From NCBI GenBank assembly GCA_965246885.1, contig OZ251992.1:800001-864000 (forward strand): DNA of 64,000 nucleotides, given 5' to 3'. Of this stretch, positions 63,537-64,000 are shown piece after piece (position 1 is the stretch's first letter; every line of letters starts with the position of its first letter). This stretch comes from Abditibacterium sp. (lineage in GTDB: Bacteria; Armatimonadota; Abditibacteriia; Abditibacteriales; Abditibacteriaceae). Made by a program: the position numbers and the translations under genes. The notes under the pieces were generated by a model. That model saw only the letters and a program-made list of their open reading frames with translations. It was not told the DNA's origin and ran no database searches.

Positions 63537-63775
63537 GGGAGCGCCTTTGTTTTTCACTTTCTTGCCGCCCAAGGGCGGGTAGACGAAAAACAATCCATAT
63601 GCAACGCCCAAAGGGGCCGCGTGAATAGGGGAGTGGAGAAGACAACGAAGAAAAAGAGCCAAGTGACGGAGGCAACATGGATACTCCGCCGCTCACCTCT
63701 TCCACTTCGTTCGAGGCTCGCCCCAGTTCATTGCGCCGCTTTGTTCGTTATTTTGTCAGGTTTTTCAACCATACT

Positions 63776-64000
63776 ATGAAGCGATTCACCCAAATGGCGG
63801 CTTTGATGGCCGTCGCGGGCTTGCCCGCAATCGTTGCGCCCGGCCTTATGGCTTCGGCGCACGCGCAAGACGCCGCCCCCGCTGGCGGCATGGCCAAAGA
63901 GTTCCAAGACGTTCCGGTGGGCCACTGGGCCTACCCCGCGCTGCAAAAGTTGGCGGCGGCGGGCGTTTTGGAGGGCTATCCGCCCATCGGCGACTATCGC
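63776..64000 (+). CDS. S-layer homology (SLH) domain protein, 3' partial, absent from the ORF track
   Basis: [58 protein letters not shown]. Runs off the window. Confidence 0.88.
   Translation, partial: MKRFTQMAALMAVAGLPAIVAPGLMASAHAQDAAPAGGMAKEFQDVPVGHWAYPALQKLAAAGVLEGYPPIGDYR

Noticed and set aside
63286..63705. Minus-strand ORFs 63286..63705 and 63441..63662
   Set aside because: No motifs and atypical composition. The region is better explained as the promoter and leader of the SLH gene.

Overview
GC-rich bacterial chromosomal segment. The gene content (several prepilin-type H-X9-DG proteins, a Dop/PafA-family enzyme, an SLH protein, many lineage-type hypotheticals) suggests Armatimonadota/Abditibacteriota, which is an inference. 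It contains mostly housekeeping and envelope genes: a rib operon, a Wzb/Wza/Wzc/Wzy-like polysaccharide export block, argS, a phosphohexomutase, pdxS, ybaB-recR, pilC, panBC, polX-dop, purN and greA, plus two-component genes and many secreted hypotheticals. No rRNA, tRNA, CRISPR array, transposase or integrase was recognised. The most notable unexplained features are: (1) a canonical TPP riboswitch in front of a stand-alone prepilin-type H-X9-DG (DUF1559-like) gene; (2) four intergenic arrays with an exact 21-bp period and a shared GCGGACG-like core, two of them built from GACGTC palindromes and related to each other; (3) a lower-GC cassette with a Cys-rich secreted protein, a stem-loop and a prepilin-like gene; (4) a PolX lacking its catalytic aspartates, coupled to dop; and (5) a probable pseudo-glycosidase.
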